64,000 nt of DNA, taken from sequence record LR756501.1; one strand, written 5' to 3'. Below, in pieces: positions 1-9,400 of the stretch. The translations under genes were made by a program, and so were the position numbers. Under the pieces are notes generated by a model that saw nothing but the letters and a program-made list of their open reading frames with translations, made no database searches and had not been told where the DNA came from. Position 1 is the stretch's first letter; each line of letters starts with the position of its first letter.

Positions 1-1291
1 CAACAACAGTCTTTATAATACCTCTCCTTATACCCTTCTCTGATAAAAGTTCTACCAACTTCTCTTGCTTAACAATTTTCTCACCTAATTTATCAAACGC
101 TTTACTGTATTTAATGTTTTCACTTTCAAGTAGTTCCACATTTCTATTTAATTCTACGATAGATACTGAATCTGTATTTCTATCGTATTCGTTTCTAAGG
201 TCTTTAATTTTATCTTTAAGGTAATCAAATCTAATCTCTTTTTGATTAAGTTCGTTCATTACTTGTTTTCTTTCATCTACTTTGGCTGATACTTCTATTC
301 TAACTTCGTTGTAACTCTTTTTGAGTTCTATTAAACTATTCTTAGCTTCTTCGTATTCTTGAAGAAGTTTTTTAAGTTCTTTGTCGTGAAAATCGTCTGT
401 TAGTACAGAACCACAGAAAGGGCAACTGCCTTCTTTGAATATATCAATCTTCTTACTTAACTCACCTAATAAGAATTCGTCTTCTGTAATTTTACTTTTC
501 TTAATATTATAAATATCACTTTTACTTCTTATCTCTGGTATTAACCCACTAACAACCTCTTTCAAATCATTTATATCATTCTTTAACGGTATGAATTCAG
601 TCTTATATCCTGTAATTTCTTCTTTAATCTTCTGTTTATCAATACTTCCACTGTTCTCTAATATGATTTGAACGTTATTTTTATAAGTTCCTATTGTATT
701 TGTATTTGTAAGTATGAGTGATTCTAATTTTTCTTTTCTTTTATATGAGTTCTTTAATAGTTCTTTAGCGATGGATAAATAACTATCCATTTCATCTATG
801 TTAAATAATTTATTAAGAAGTTTCTTTTTAGTTTCAGTATCAAGATTAATGAAGTTTGCGAAGTCAGCCAGGTTGAGGGATACAAGAGATTTATAAGTAT
901 TATATTCTATACCAATTATATCATCTTTTTCTTGTTGTTGCATAACTTCATATCTATCAGTTCTATCTGCGCCGTTGATAGATATTTTGAAACCTTTAGG
1001 TGTAAGTCTTCTGTTTATAATAACGTTATCGTTGTTCCAGTTAACAAAATCAATTTCAGTTTCGAGATTTTTATTGGTTCTATTGGGTAGGATATAGTTA
1101 GGAACTCTTTTGGTATTTTTACCTCTAACTATATTAAAGAGGGCAAAGTCAATAGACTCAAGGAGGCTGGACTTACCTTTACCGTTGGTACCAGTAAGCA
1201 GAATAAGTGAGCCTTCTTCTGAGAAGGTTAATTTTTGTAAGTTATTACCATAACTTTTGAAGTTTCTTAACGATATTGAGTTTATTATCAT
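1..1291 (-). CDS. T4 gp46/SbcC/Rad50-like recombination nuclease ATPase subunit (partial, runs off window start)
   Basis: Missing from ORF track; translated by hand from ATG at 1291: MIINSISLRNFKSYGNN..., Walker A GTNGKGKSS, long coiled coil, zinc hook GSCPFCGS. Confidence 0.9.
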   Translation of the reverse strand, partial: MIINSISLRNFKSYGNNLQKLTFSEEGSLILLTGTNGKGKSSLLESIDFALFNIVRGKNTKRVPNYILPNRTNKNLETEIDFVNWNNDNVIINRRLTPKGFKISINGADRTDRYEVMQQQEKDDIIGIEYNTYKSLVSLNLADFANFINLDTETKKKLLNKLFNIDEMDSYLSIAKELLKNSYKRKEKLESLILTNTNTIGTYKNNVQIILENSGSIDKQKIKEEITGYKTEFIPLKNDINDLKEVVSGLIPEIRSKSDIYNIKKSKITEDEFLLGELSKKIDIFKEGSCPFCGSVLTDDFHDKELKKLLQEYEEAKNSLIELKKSYNEVRIEVSAKVDERKQVMNELNQKEIRFDYLKDKIKDLRNEYDRNTDSVSIVELNRNVELLESENIKYSKAFDKLGEKIVKQEKLVELLSEKGIRRGIIKTVV

Positions 1292-1550
1292 TTAATACTT
1301 TATCTATTAATTCTGTTCTAGTTTTATTTTTCCATTCACCAACCGAAATTAAACATTCACCTTCCCAACCACATTTACATGTATAATATATTTTAACTTT
1401 AGATGTTAAATTAAAAATGTAATCAACTGATCCACAAGACGGACAAACGTAATCTTCATTCTTAGCTAATACTGAATAACTTGTAAAAGTACCATCCGTC
1501 CACTCTTCGGGTTTATGTTTATTTAGCATACTATAATAGTCAAATTCCAT
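1245..1550 (-). CDS. Small Zn-ribbon protein with RTxLIDxxL motif
   Basis: CPSC...CKC; KTRTELIDKVL; its 3' end overlaps the gp46-like start. Confidence 0.7.
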   Translation of the reverse strand: MEFDYYSMLNKHKPEEWTDGTFTSYSVLAKNEDYVCPSCGSVDYIFNLTSKVKIYYTCKCGWEGECLISVGEWKNKTRTELIDKVLNDNKLNIVKKLQKLW

Positions 1551-1785
1551 CTAACACCTTGTCTATTAATTTTGTTCTCTTAATATTCTTATATACATTT
1601 TCATTCATTAATTCATTTCCAACGTGTCCACATCCTAAACATTCGTAACTACTTATAACATGAATTTTTACGTTGTCTCTTATTTCTTCCTTACTTTCGA
1701 ATTTCCATTCAGTAGATCCGCAAATAGGACAAACACTACCTACCATACCAAATATTTCAGCGAATAAATTATATTTTTTCTTCAT
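1540..1785 (-). CDS. Small Zn-ribbon protein with C-terminal RTxLIDxxL motif
   Basis: CPIC...CLGC; KRTKLIDKVL. Confidence 0.75.
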   Translation of the reverse strand: MKKKYNLFAEIFGMVGSVCPICGSTEWKFESKEEIRDNVKIHVISSYECLGCGHVGNELMNENVYKNIKRTKLIDKVLDGI

Positions 1786-2053
1786 TTAATACTTTATCTA
1801 TTAATTCTGTTCTTAATATGTTTTGAGTTTCCTCGGGGGTGTAAAAATGTTCGTATCCTTCTTGTTTTGAAAATACCCAATCTGGACCAGTTTTTTGTTT
1901 TATTAAAGTTGATCTATGATTAGGTAATCCCATTGATACAGCACCAGAATCAATATATTCAAATTCAACATCGTATAATTCACCTACTGTTAAAGGGAAA
2001 TAACATTTTCCCTTATAAAGTTTTTCATATGATTTTTTACACAAGGATTTCAT
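1769..2053 (-). CDS. Hypothetical protein with C-terminal RTxLIDxxL motif
   Basis: LRTELIDKVL; overlaps neighbours in a tightly packed array. Confidence 0.7.
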   Translation of the reverse strand: MKSLCKKSYEKLYKGKCYFPLTVGELYDVEFEYIDSGAVSMGLPNHRSTLIKQKTGPDWVFSKQEGYEHFYTPEETQNILRTELIDKVLNEEKI

Positions 2054-2318
2054 TTAGTGCTCTATCTATTAATTTTGTTCTTTTAGTGTTTTTAAATTCT
2101 TCTTCTGTATTAATAAGTTCACGATACTCACCGACCCATTTACATTCTGGGCAAGAGGTTGGGACTTTATCATAAATCCAATCACCTTTTTCATTTTTTT
2201 CTGTCGCTGGGTCTATAAATGTTGTTTCTTTTGAAAAACAATTTGGGCAATATTTACCAATCCATCCTCTAGTCGACATACCTTCTTCTGTTTTTCTATC
2301 TCTCCAATAACATATCAT
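2037..2318 (-). CDS. Small Zn-ribbon protein with C-terminal RTxLIDxxL motif
   Basis: CPNC...CPEC; KRTKLIDRAL. Confidence 0.75.
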   Translation of the reverse strand: MICYWRDRKTEEGMSTRGWIGKYCPNCFSKETTFIDPATEKNEKGDWIYDKVPTSCPECKWVGEYRELINTEEEFKNTKRTKLIDRALNEILV

Positions 2319-2541
2319 CTATTAATTGTGTTCTTTTTCTACACAACATTTCATCTCTATGCAACATGTCTCTATATTCACCTTCCCAATCACAATCATG
2401 ACAATTCACAATGCTACCGTTTTGAGTCTTAAAAAAATCATTACCTAAACAAATAGGACAATATTTGAAATGTCCAACAATTTTCAACATAATTTTCTTA
2501 TGTTCCATATTTATATTTCTCCAATAAACTATAAATAACAA
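2296..2541 (-). CDS. Small Zn-ribbon protein with C-terminal RTxLIDxxL motif
   Basis: CPIC...CHDC; KRTQLIDDML; true start probably the internal MEHKK. Confidence 0.7.
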   Translation of the reverse strand: MLFIVYWRNINMEHKKIMLKIVGHFKYCPICLGNDFFKTQNGSIVNCHDCDWEGEYRDMLHRDEMLCRKRTQLIDDMLLER

Positions 2542-3076
2542 AAGCGTGTCCCATTTTCATGTTAGGATCGTTACAAACCTCTGTTAAATTTTTACCCATT
2601 TCAATATGATTATAACCGTCAAAATCTATCAAATAAATATCTTTCTTTGTAGTACGATAAATCTGTAAAAGTTGTTTAAAAGCTTTCGTTTTTATACAAC
2701 CCCTTGCATATATTGGTATATATATCTTCTTCCTAGCTTCTATGTAAGTTAACTTTTCACCGTCCCACCACGAGTAAAGTGGTTTAACTCCTTTACCCAT
2801 TGGGTACCTGTGAGCGTAACTATCATTCCAAATTCTTTGCGCCCAAAGGAAATAATCTTTGGTTGGTGTGCCGTTGTTATCGTGTTGAGCGTAGACTTTA
2901 CTGGCTTGCCAAGCGTTTTCTACGTTTTTAGCGTAGTATTTACCGTAGAGATGACCACCTTCTATTATGAATGGAGAAAATCCTTTTGTCCAATTATCAC
3001 TTCTAGATGTGGTATCTATAATGATTGCTGTATCTGGCAATCTATCTTTGTTCCAATATTTTTCTACATATAACAT
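2498..3076 (-). CDS. NADAR/DUF6939-like protein (putative ADP-ribose-processing fold)
   Basis: FSPF...NVENAWQASKVY motif resembles the ExxWQxxK motif of NADAR-like proteins; recalled, not searched. Confidence 0.45.
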   Translation of the reverse strand: MLYVEKYWNKDRLPDTAIIIDTTSRSDNWTKGFSPFIIEGGHLYGKYYAKNVENAWQASKVYAQHDNNGTPTKDYFLWAQRIWNDSYAHRYPMGKGVKPLYSWWDGEKLTYIEARKKIYIPIYARGCIKTKAFKQLLQIYRTTKKDIYLIDFDGYNHIEMGKNLTEVCNDPNMKMGHAFVIYSLLEKYKYGT

Positions 3077-3498
3077 TACTTTAACATATTGTCTATCAAC
3101 AATGTTCTTTTCATATTTTTTATTTCGTCTTTATCCATGAACATGTGTTCACTTTTAAAATAGTAAGTCCAAGGTCTTCCAAAAGTTATAACTGGATAAG
3201 TTGTACCTATTGGTACATTTTTTCTAGATTCCTTTTCTTTTGTTACAACTGAAAATTTTAATATTATATTATTCTTATATTTAATATTATAACCATATCC
3301 AGTAAATCCTTTAGATATAAGATCTTCATGTGTTATTTTATTATAAAAAAACACAGGTAATAATTTAACAAATTCTTTATTTCTCCAAGTTATTCTCCTT
3401 AACTCTTTAAGAAGAGCAATTTTTACCTCTACTGTATCATTAATGTCTATAAAATCTGGGAAAGCCTTTAAAAATTTAAAGTAGTCTATTTGTTTCAT
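3076..3498 (-). CDS. Hypothetical protein with C-terminal RTxLIDxxL motif
   Basis: MKRTLLIDNMLK at C-terminus. Confidence 0.7.
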   Translation of the reverse strand: MKQIDYFKFLKAFPDFIDINDTVEVKIALLKELRRITWRNKEFVKLLPVFFYNKITHEDLISKGFTGYGYNIKYKNNIILKFSVVTKEKESRKNVPIGTTYPVITFGRPWTYYFKSEHMFMDKDEIKNMKRTLLIDNMLK

Positions 3499-3538
3499 TT
3501 CTATTATATGACGAAAATCAAAAATGGTTTATAAAAAA

Positions 3539-3548
3539 TAATATATAG
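3539..3548 (+). promoter_or_regulatory. Putative phage late promoter motif TAATATATA (representative of about 20 copies)
   Basis: Also at 9724, 11568, 13582, 15774, 16708, 19401, 20379, 22130, 22662, 29759, 41446, 50639, 55989, 61950 (+) and 5808, 33915, 36565, 41412, 43603, 54301, 59019 (-), usually 4-35 nt before a start codon. Confidence 0.75.
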
Positions 3549-3552
3549 GTTT

Positions 3553-4266
3553 ATGGATTATATGAAGTCATACAAAGACAAGTTAAATGAGGAAGTCAAT
3601 GATATGGATATTGGTTTTGATTTAACCACTATCTTCAATAAAATACCTGATGATCCTAAAAGTCCAGAGGTACAACGTCTTATTGAAATAGCCAAAAAAG
3701 GTAATCTCTATAAATATATCACTACCGGTGAAAGGAAACTCACCTTTGGTATGTTAAAAGCCTTACATGAAGACGCTTTGGCGTTCAAGAAAAAAAGAGA
3801 ATTAACACAAGGTGTAGAAAAAGCCTTATGGAGAATAGTTCCACTTATTCTTGCACCAATTTTCTTACCTATATGGGCAATATCATTCTTACTTGGTGGT
3901 GCTAGAGCTTTAAATAAGGTTATGGTTCAAGTTTCAAAAATGAATAATAGAACATACGATGGTTTCTTACATAATATTATAAATAAAACAATGGACCTAA
4001 CGGAAGGTGAGATTACAAGATTAACTAGTGATGACTGGTTCTATAAATCTTTTGCTATAGAAAAAGGTCTTATTAATATGGTAAGAAAAGAACACATTAT
4101 AGATTTTAGTTTTTATATAGTTAAGAAGATACAATATCAAGATGACTTAGCAATTGTGCCACCATATTTCGTTGAGAATGAATTTAGAAGATGGTTGAAT
4201 AAGAAATTTAGGTTTGAACCCCCATTACCGTTAAAGAAGAAGCCAAATAGGCACGAAAAATTCTGA
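3553..4266 (+). CDS. Hypothetical protein, CTS-like N-terminus, one hydrophobic segment
   Basis: MKSYKDKLNEE; TAATATATAG just upstream. Confidence 0.7.
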   Translation: MDYMKSYKDKLNEEVNDMDIGFDLTTIFNKIPDDPKSPEVQRLIEIAKKGNLYKYITTGERKLTFGMLKALHEDALAFKKKRELTQGVEKALWRIVPLILAPIFLPIWAISFLLGGARALNKVMVQVSKMNNRTYDGFLHNIINKTMDLTEGEITRLTSDDWFYKSFAIEKGLINMVRKEHIIDFSFYIVKKIQYQDDLAIVPPYFVENEFRRWLNKKFRFEPPLPLKKKPNRHEKF

Positions 4267-4305
4267 CGTACAGAGGCTACTTTAATATATAAAGATAAAA
4301 GCCAT

Positions 4306-4726
4306 ATGGGACTAGCACATTTTACAAACATTCACACAGCAAACTGTTATATTGAACCAATATACAAAGCTCTTGCTGAAGCAGAATTTTACGAAGAGAA
4401 TAAAATCAATCCAATTCCTTTATTCACAGAACAAATTTATAAGATAAATGATAATAAAATTTATTTCAATCTTAATTGGGACATTAAAGATAAATAAAGA
4501 GATTATACCACCTTTGGATAAAATTGTAGAATTAATAAAAAATGAAACACCATTAACCGTAAATGTTTCATTTCACGATAGAGAAGGTGTTATAATGTAT
4601 AAAACTAAAATGGAGAAATTCAAATTCACTAAAATTCTGAATGATTTAGATTTCGATTATAATCAAAAAGATTTCAAAGATTTAGTGGTAGAATATACCT
4701 ATGAAAGAAAGGAGATTTTAGTATGA
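4306..4726 (+). pseudogene. Tail-tube (gp19)-like paralog split by a +1 frameshift at about 4492-4497
   Basis: ORF 4306..4497 (MGLAHF...) and ORF 4448..4726 (...FHDREG...) together match neighbour 4723..5073 (MSPLAHF...FYDREG); removing one A in GAT AAA TAA joins them into 139 aa. Confidence 0.5.
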
Positions 4727-5073
4727 GCCCACTAGCACATTTTCCGGGAGGACCAAGATATTGGGGTGATGCCCAGATATACTTAAATCCAATAGTTTTA
4801 TGTTTCGATAATAAAGAATGCGATAAATTATTGAAAATTGAAATACCAAATCCAATAGATAAAAAAACTTCATCAATTAAAGCGTCTTTTAAAGAAGATG
4901 ACGAAATGAGAAATACTCTTTTAAAAGAAAATCCAAAGGATTTAAGAATAGAATTCTATGATAGAGAAGGTAAAACTATAAGAATCATTTACATGCGAGA
5001 ATGTAAATGTGTTGAAATGCCTAATAACGAGGTTGAAATTCAATTAGAATCTTGGGAAGATAAATATTTTTAA
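4723..5073 (+). CDS. Divergent tail-tube (gp19)-like protein
   Basis: IEFYDREGKTIRIIYMREC resembles the YxRxG...hxhxGxxP strand pair of T4 gp19-like tubes. Confidence 0.4.
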   Translation: MSPLAHFPGGPRYWGDAQIYLNPIVLCFDNKECDKLLKIEIPNPIDKKTSSIKASFKEDDEMRNTLLKENPKDLRIEFYDREGKTIRIIYMRECKCVEMPNNEVEIQLESWEDKYF

Positions 5074-5351
5074 TCTAAAGTTAAATCTCTAACGTCATCT
5101 TCGACTTGATCGTAAAAATCTGGATATTCGTCTTCTATAATAGATAGAATTTCGTCTGCTTTATCCATTCTATAATCTAAGTCGTCACTTCCAAGTAATT
5201 TATCTAATTTCTTGTCTATACTCTTGTTTTTCAGAAGTTTAAAGAATCTGATTATATTACCGTCGTATTCTATTTCACCTGACCATTTTTCTTCACCGTA
5301 AGGGTCTAGTTCGCTTTTATCTGCGTTTTCGTTAAATTTCTTTATTTTCAT
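5070..5351 (-). CDS. Hypothetical protein with CTS-like N-terminus and DPYGEExW motif
   Basis: MKIKKFNEN...ELDPYGEEKW. Confidence 0.75.
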   Translation of the reverse strand: MKIKKFNENADKSELDPYGEEKWSGEIEYDGNIIRFFKLLKNKSIDKKLDKLLGSDDLDYRMDKADEILSIIEDEYPDFYDQVEDDVRDLTLD

Positions 5352-5791
5352 ATATATGCTTCGTGTTTGTTGCCTTCTATATCGTAGGCAATTAATTTCA
5401 TACTACTTAAATAACATTTATCTTGAAAATCATTTTGAGGATCGTTTGGAGCGTTGTCTACAAGATCTTGTAAATCATCTTCTATTTCAACATCGGGTCT
5501 TCCACCCCTGTTACTAATAACATTTCTATATTCTCCATTAATTCTTCTAGAACGAATTCTACCACCGTAACTACCACAATCTAAAACTTTCTTGAGTCTT
5601 TTATATTTTTCAATTATTTCTTTGATTTCATCGGCGTGTTCGTCTATTTCAGAATATCTTATTCCCAATGAAATTTCTTCTGGGTGACGAGTATCAGCGT
5701 CTCCGCCTTCGTATAACAACCACAACCAAACTTGGTCTGTTTTACATCTTTCAACTTCTTTAAATTTGAAGCCTTCAAAATTTTTGATCAT
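5348..5791 (-). CDS. Hypothetical protein, CTS-like N-terminus
   Basis: MIKNFEGF; TAATATATA on minus strand at 5808-5816. Confidence 0.7.
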   Translation of the reverse strand: MIKNFEGFKFKEVERCKTDQVWLWLLYEGGDADTRHPEEISLGIRYSEIDEHADEIKEIIEKYKRLKKVLDCGSYGGRIRSRRINGEYRNVISNRGGRPDVEIEDDLQDLVDNAPNDPQNDFQDKCYLSSMKLIAYDIEGNKHEAYI

Positions 5792-5820
5792 AATTTGATT
5801 TTTATTTTATATATTAAAAT

Positions 5821-6411
5821 TTATTTATAACTTCCTCCACCTACCCATAGTACTAAACTTCTTCTACACCCTTTAGTTATTGGAGTAACTCTATGTAACA
5901 AGAAACTTGGAAAAAATATTCCACAACCTTTTATTTTTGGTAAAGTCTTAAAATCACCACCTGTCCATATATCAAAATTACCTCCTTCGTATTCAGATGA
6001 ATCAGATAATTGAATAGTAACACTTATCTTTCTATGATTTATAGGATAGGGTCCAATATCCATATGCCAATCGTAATGTCCACCACCCTCATAATATTCA
6101 GTATATTGAATAGAATCTACAATAGAATGTAAATTATAACCGTAACTCTTATTAGCCTCAATGAACAGATCTTTTAATCTTTCATATACCCAATAAGATT
6201 TATCGTCGTAATGAATCCATTTAATCTTAGATTTCCTAATAGGTTCAACCTCTTCAACTGGCGATCCAACAGTTGTGGCTGTTTGAAATGGGTATAATTC
6301 TTTTAAATTATTAATCCACATCAACTGCTCTTCGTTAAATACTTCATTGATAGCCACAAAACTTGTTTGGTCTATAGCGTTATCAAATTCAAATACAGGT
6401 CTAAAATCCAT
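5821..6411 (-). CDS. 2OG-Fe(II) dioxygenase (prolyl-4-hydroxylase-like)
   Basis: YDWHMD (HxD), EYEGG, LLHRVTPITKGCRRSLVLW (distal His and 2OG-binding Arg). Confidence 0.92.
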   Translation of the reverse strand: MDFRPVFEFDNAIDQTSFVAINEVFNEEQLMWINNLKELYPFQTATTVGSPVEEVEPIRKSKIKWIHYDDKSYWVYERLKDLFIEANKSYGYNLHSIVDSIQYTEYYEGGGHYDWHMDIGPYPINHRKISVTIQLSDSSEYEGGNFDIWTGGDFKTLPKIKGCGIFFPSFLLHRVTPITKGCRRSLVLWVGGGSYK

Positions 6412-9400
6412 TATTTAATCTTACTTTTTAATTCTTGTAACTCACTTAACCAAATAGATTCCTCACTGGTCTGTTCCAACTTCTTTAACTTCTCTCTCAA
6501 TTTATCGTATTCTTCCTTCAACTCCTGCAACCTATCTTTTGTGAAAGACATAATAGACATATTCAAAAGATAACCATATGATTCTTCTACTCTTTCAAGT
6601 TTATGTTTTTCTAAATCCTGCTCAACCAGATCTCTACTTCGCTTGTTAATTATGACTTCACCGTCTATAACCAACTTTAAAAATTTCATTCTATTTTGAT
6701 GTATTCTTATATCCTTTTTTAACTCCTCTAGTTGATAATTTTTTCTCTTCGTGTAATATTCTAATCTCACTTTATAGAAATCATCTATTATATTATATTG
6801 ATCAGTATATTTTTTAATTTTACATTCTTCATCAAAAAGATGCATGTTCTTTGTAGATAAATAAGTCTCCAAACTCAACTTCTTATAAACATTACCGTCA
6901 CCAAGTAATTCTTCCATTTGTTCTTTAGTAAGTATAATCTTTATATCTATAACCTGATCAGTACAATTCTTTACATAATCCTTTATTATCTTATCTTCAA
7001 TTAACTTATCTAACTTCTTAAAATACTCATCGTTCCACATTCCAATAGGAAGCTCAGTCACTCTAATCACATTAGCATTTGGCTTATCATATATACCTCT
7101 TGTTATATATCTTCCACCTTCTTCGTCTCTTATTATCTCACCCTTAAATCCTTTATAATATGGTAAAACTTCTTTTGTTTTCTTACCCTGTATTTTATTA
7201 GCTAAATATGAAATTATCTCTAAAGGATTATACATAGGTACATTACTAGAATATCCAGTTCCTAAACCAAAAGCACCATTCACTAAAACCATTGGTATAA
7301 TAGGAACGTAATATTTTGGCTCAATTGGAGCACCGTCGTCATCTAAATAATCAAGTACATCATTATCTTCTTTCCTAAAAATATAACCACTTATATCACT
7401 TAACTTTGTGAAAATATATCTTGGTGAAGCACTATCTTGTCCACCCTTTATTCTTGATCCAAATTGTCCCTTTGGTGATAATAAATTTATATTGTTTGTA
7501 CCTACAAAAGTCTGTGCCATTCCAACAATGGCTTCTTCGAGTGAAGTGTTGCCGTGATGATAAGCAGCAGACTCAATTACCGCACCAGAAAGTGAACTAA
7601 CTTTTATTTCATTCCTAATGTTCTTCTTAACAAGAGTATAGAAGGCCTTTCTCTGACTTGGTTTAAATCCATCTATTGAGTTCTGTATTTGTCTTACATT
7701 ACTATACATTGAATACTCAATATACTCATTATTAATGAACTTATCATAAGTCTGTTTCACACTAAACTTATCAATAAAATCCACAGGAGCATAAGTCTTT
7801 AACCATTCTTTTCTATCGTCTGCTCTCTTATCATTAAACAACATATCAAGAAGATCCTTAGTCTCAGGCTTATCGTAATGAAACCTAATAAGATGCTTAC
7901 TTATCTTCTTGAAAAACTCTTTCATTTCATCTGGTTGTATAGTGCCCAAACCTTTGTAATACTTTATAAACCAGTCTTTTGTATTAGTTTCAGATTTCCA
8001 TTTCTTGTAATCACCCAGTCTGTAAAAGTACTTATATACTTTACCTTTTTCAATTCTAACAATAGGTGTAATGAATTCGTAAATGAAATCAAGGTGAAGA
8101 AGTTCAGGCCAGAACGTATCAAAAATATTCATAAGTAATCCTTTGATATGTTTACCATCAGCGTCTTCGTCAGACATAAGAACAACTTTACCGTATCTAA
8201 GTTTCTTAGTATCAGTATATTTTTTACCAAATTCAAGACCTAGGATATTAATGATATTTTTAAGTTCGTCATTTTTACCTATGTCTGCCATTGAGGCTCT
8301 TCTAACATTTAGTCCAGATCCTTTTAATGGAAATATACCAAAATAATCAGAATCAACTTCTGAAAGACCAGCAACACAGGATGAAGCTGCAGAGTCACCT
8401 TCTGTTAAGAATAATAAACATTTTTCACTTTCGTTAGTGCCAGCTTTAGCTGCGTCGTCGAGTTTACCTATTTTAACTTTTGATTTGGCTATATCTTTCT
8501 TAGCGTCAAAATCTTCTTTAATCATCAGAAAACGAATTAGTTCGTCAATCATTGCTGATCCAGCGATCTTTTTAATTAGATTATCAGATACTTCTGGAGC
8601 AGTTACTTTACTTATTAAGTTCTCTTTAGATTGTGTGTCGAATAATGGATTAACAACTTTACAATTAACAAATATAAATAAGTGATTTTTAATATCATTT
8701 TGTTTTATATTAAGTTTCTTATTCTTCTTTAATAGGGTTTCAGCAACTTTTTTTGTAATTTGATTACTCACAGAGTTAACGTGGGTACCACCGTTATAAG
8801 TAGATATACCATTAACCATAGATACTTGGTTGAATGAATTATCAAGGGATCTTGATACACCAATTTCCCATTTATCGTCAAGTTTTTCGTAGAATGATTC
8901 TTGTTCACCAACGAACATTTCCATATAGGATTTGAAATTCTTTGTGGGTATATGTATGTTATTGTAATACACTTTAACTTTACTACAATACACGGAAACG
9001 TCTATACAACGTTTTACGATGATTGATTCGATCTCTTCATCTATACCATCTAATTCAAAACGTGCAAAATCAGGATAAAAGGTTATTTTAGTATATTGTT
9101 TCTTTGACGCCTTTATTTTAGGTTTGCCAATTTTATTCATATTGTTTTCGAACTCTTGATGATAATGTTTCTTACCGTCACAAGTTTCTAATATGAATTT
9201 TTTAGAAAAGATATTTGTTAATTTGGCACCAAGTCCGTTTTTTCCACCCCACACTCTATCTATTGTATCGTCAAAATTTTCTCCTGCAAGAAGATGTCCA
9301 AAGATAAGTTCGGGTATATAACATTTTTCTTTTGAGTGCATCTCAACAGGAATACCTGTGCCGTCGTTCTCAATTGATATTGAATCCTTTGTAACATTAA

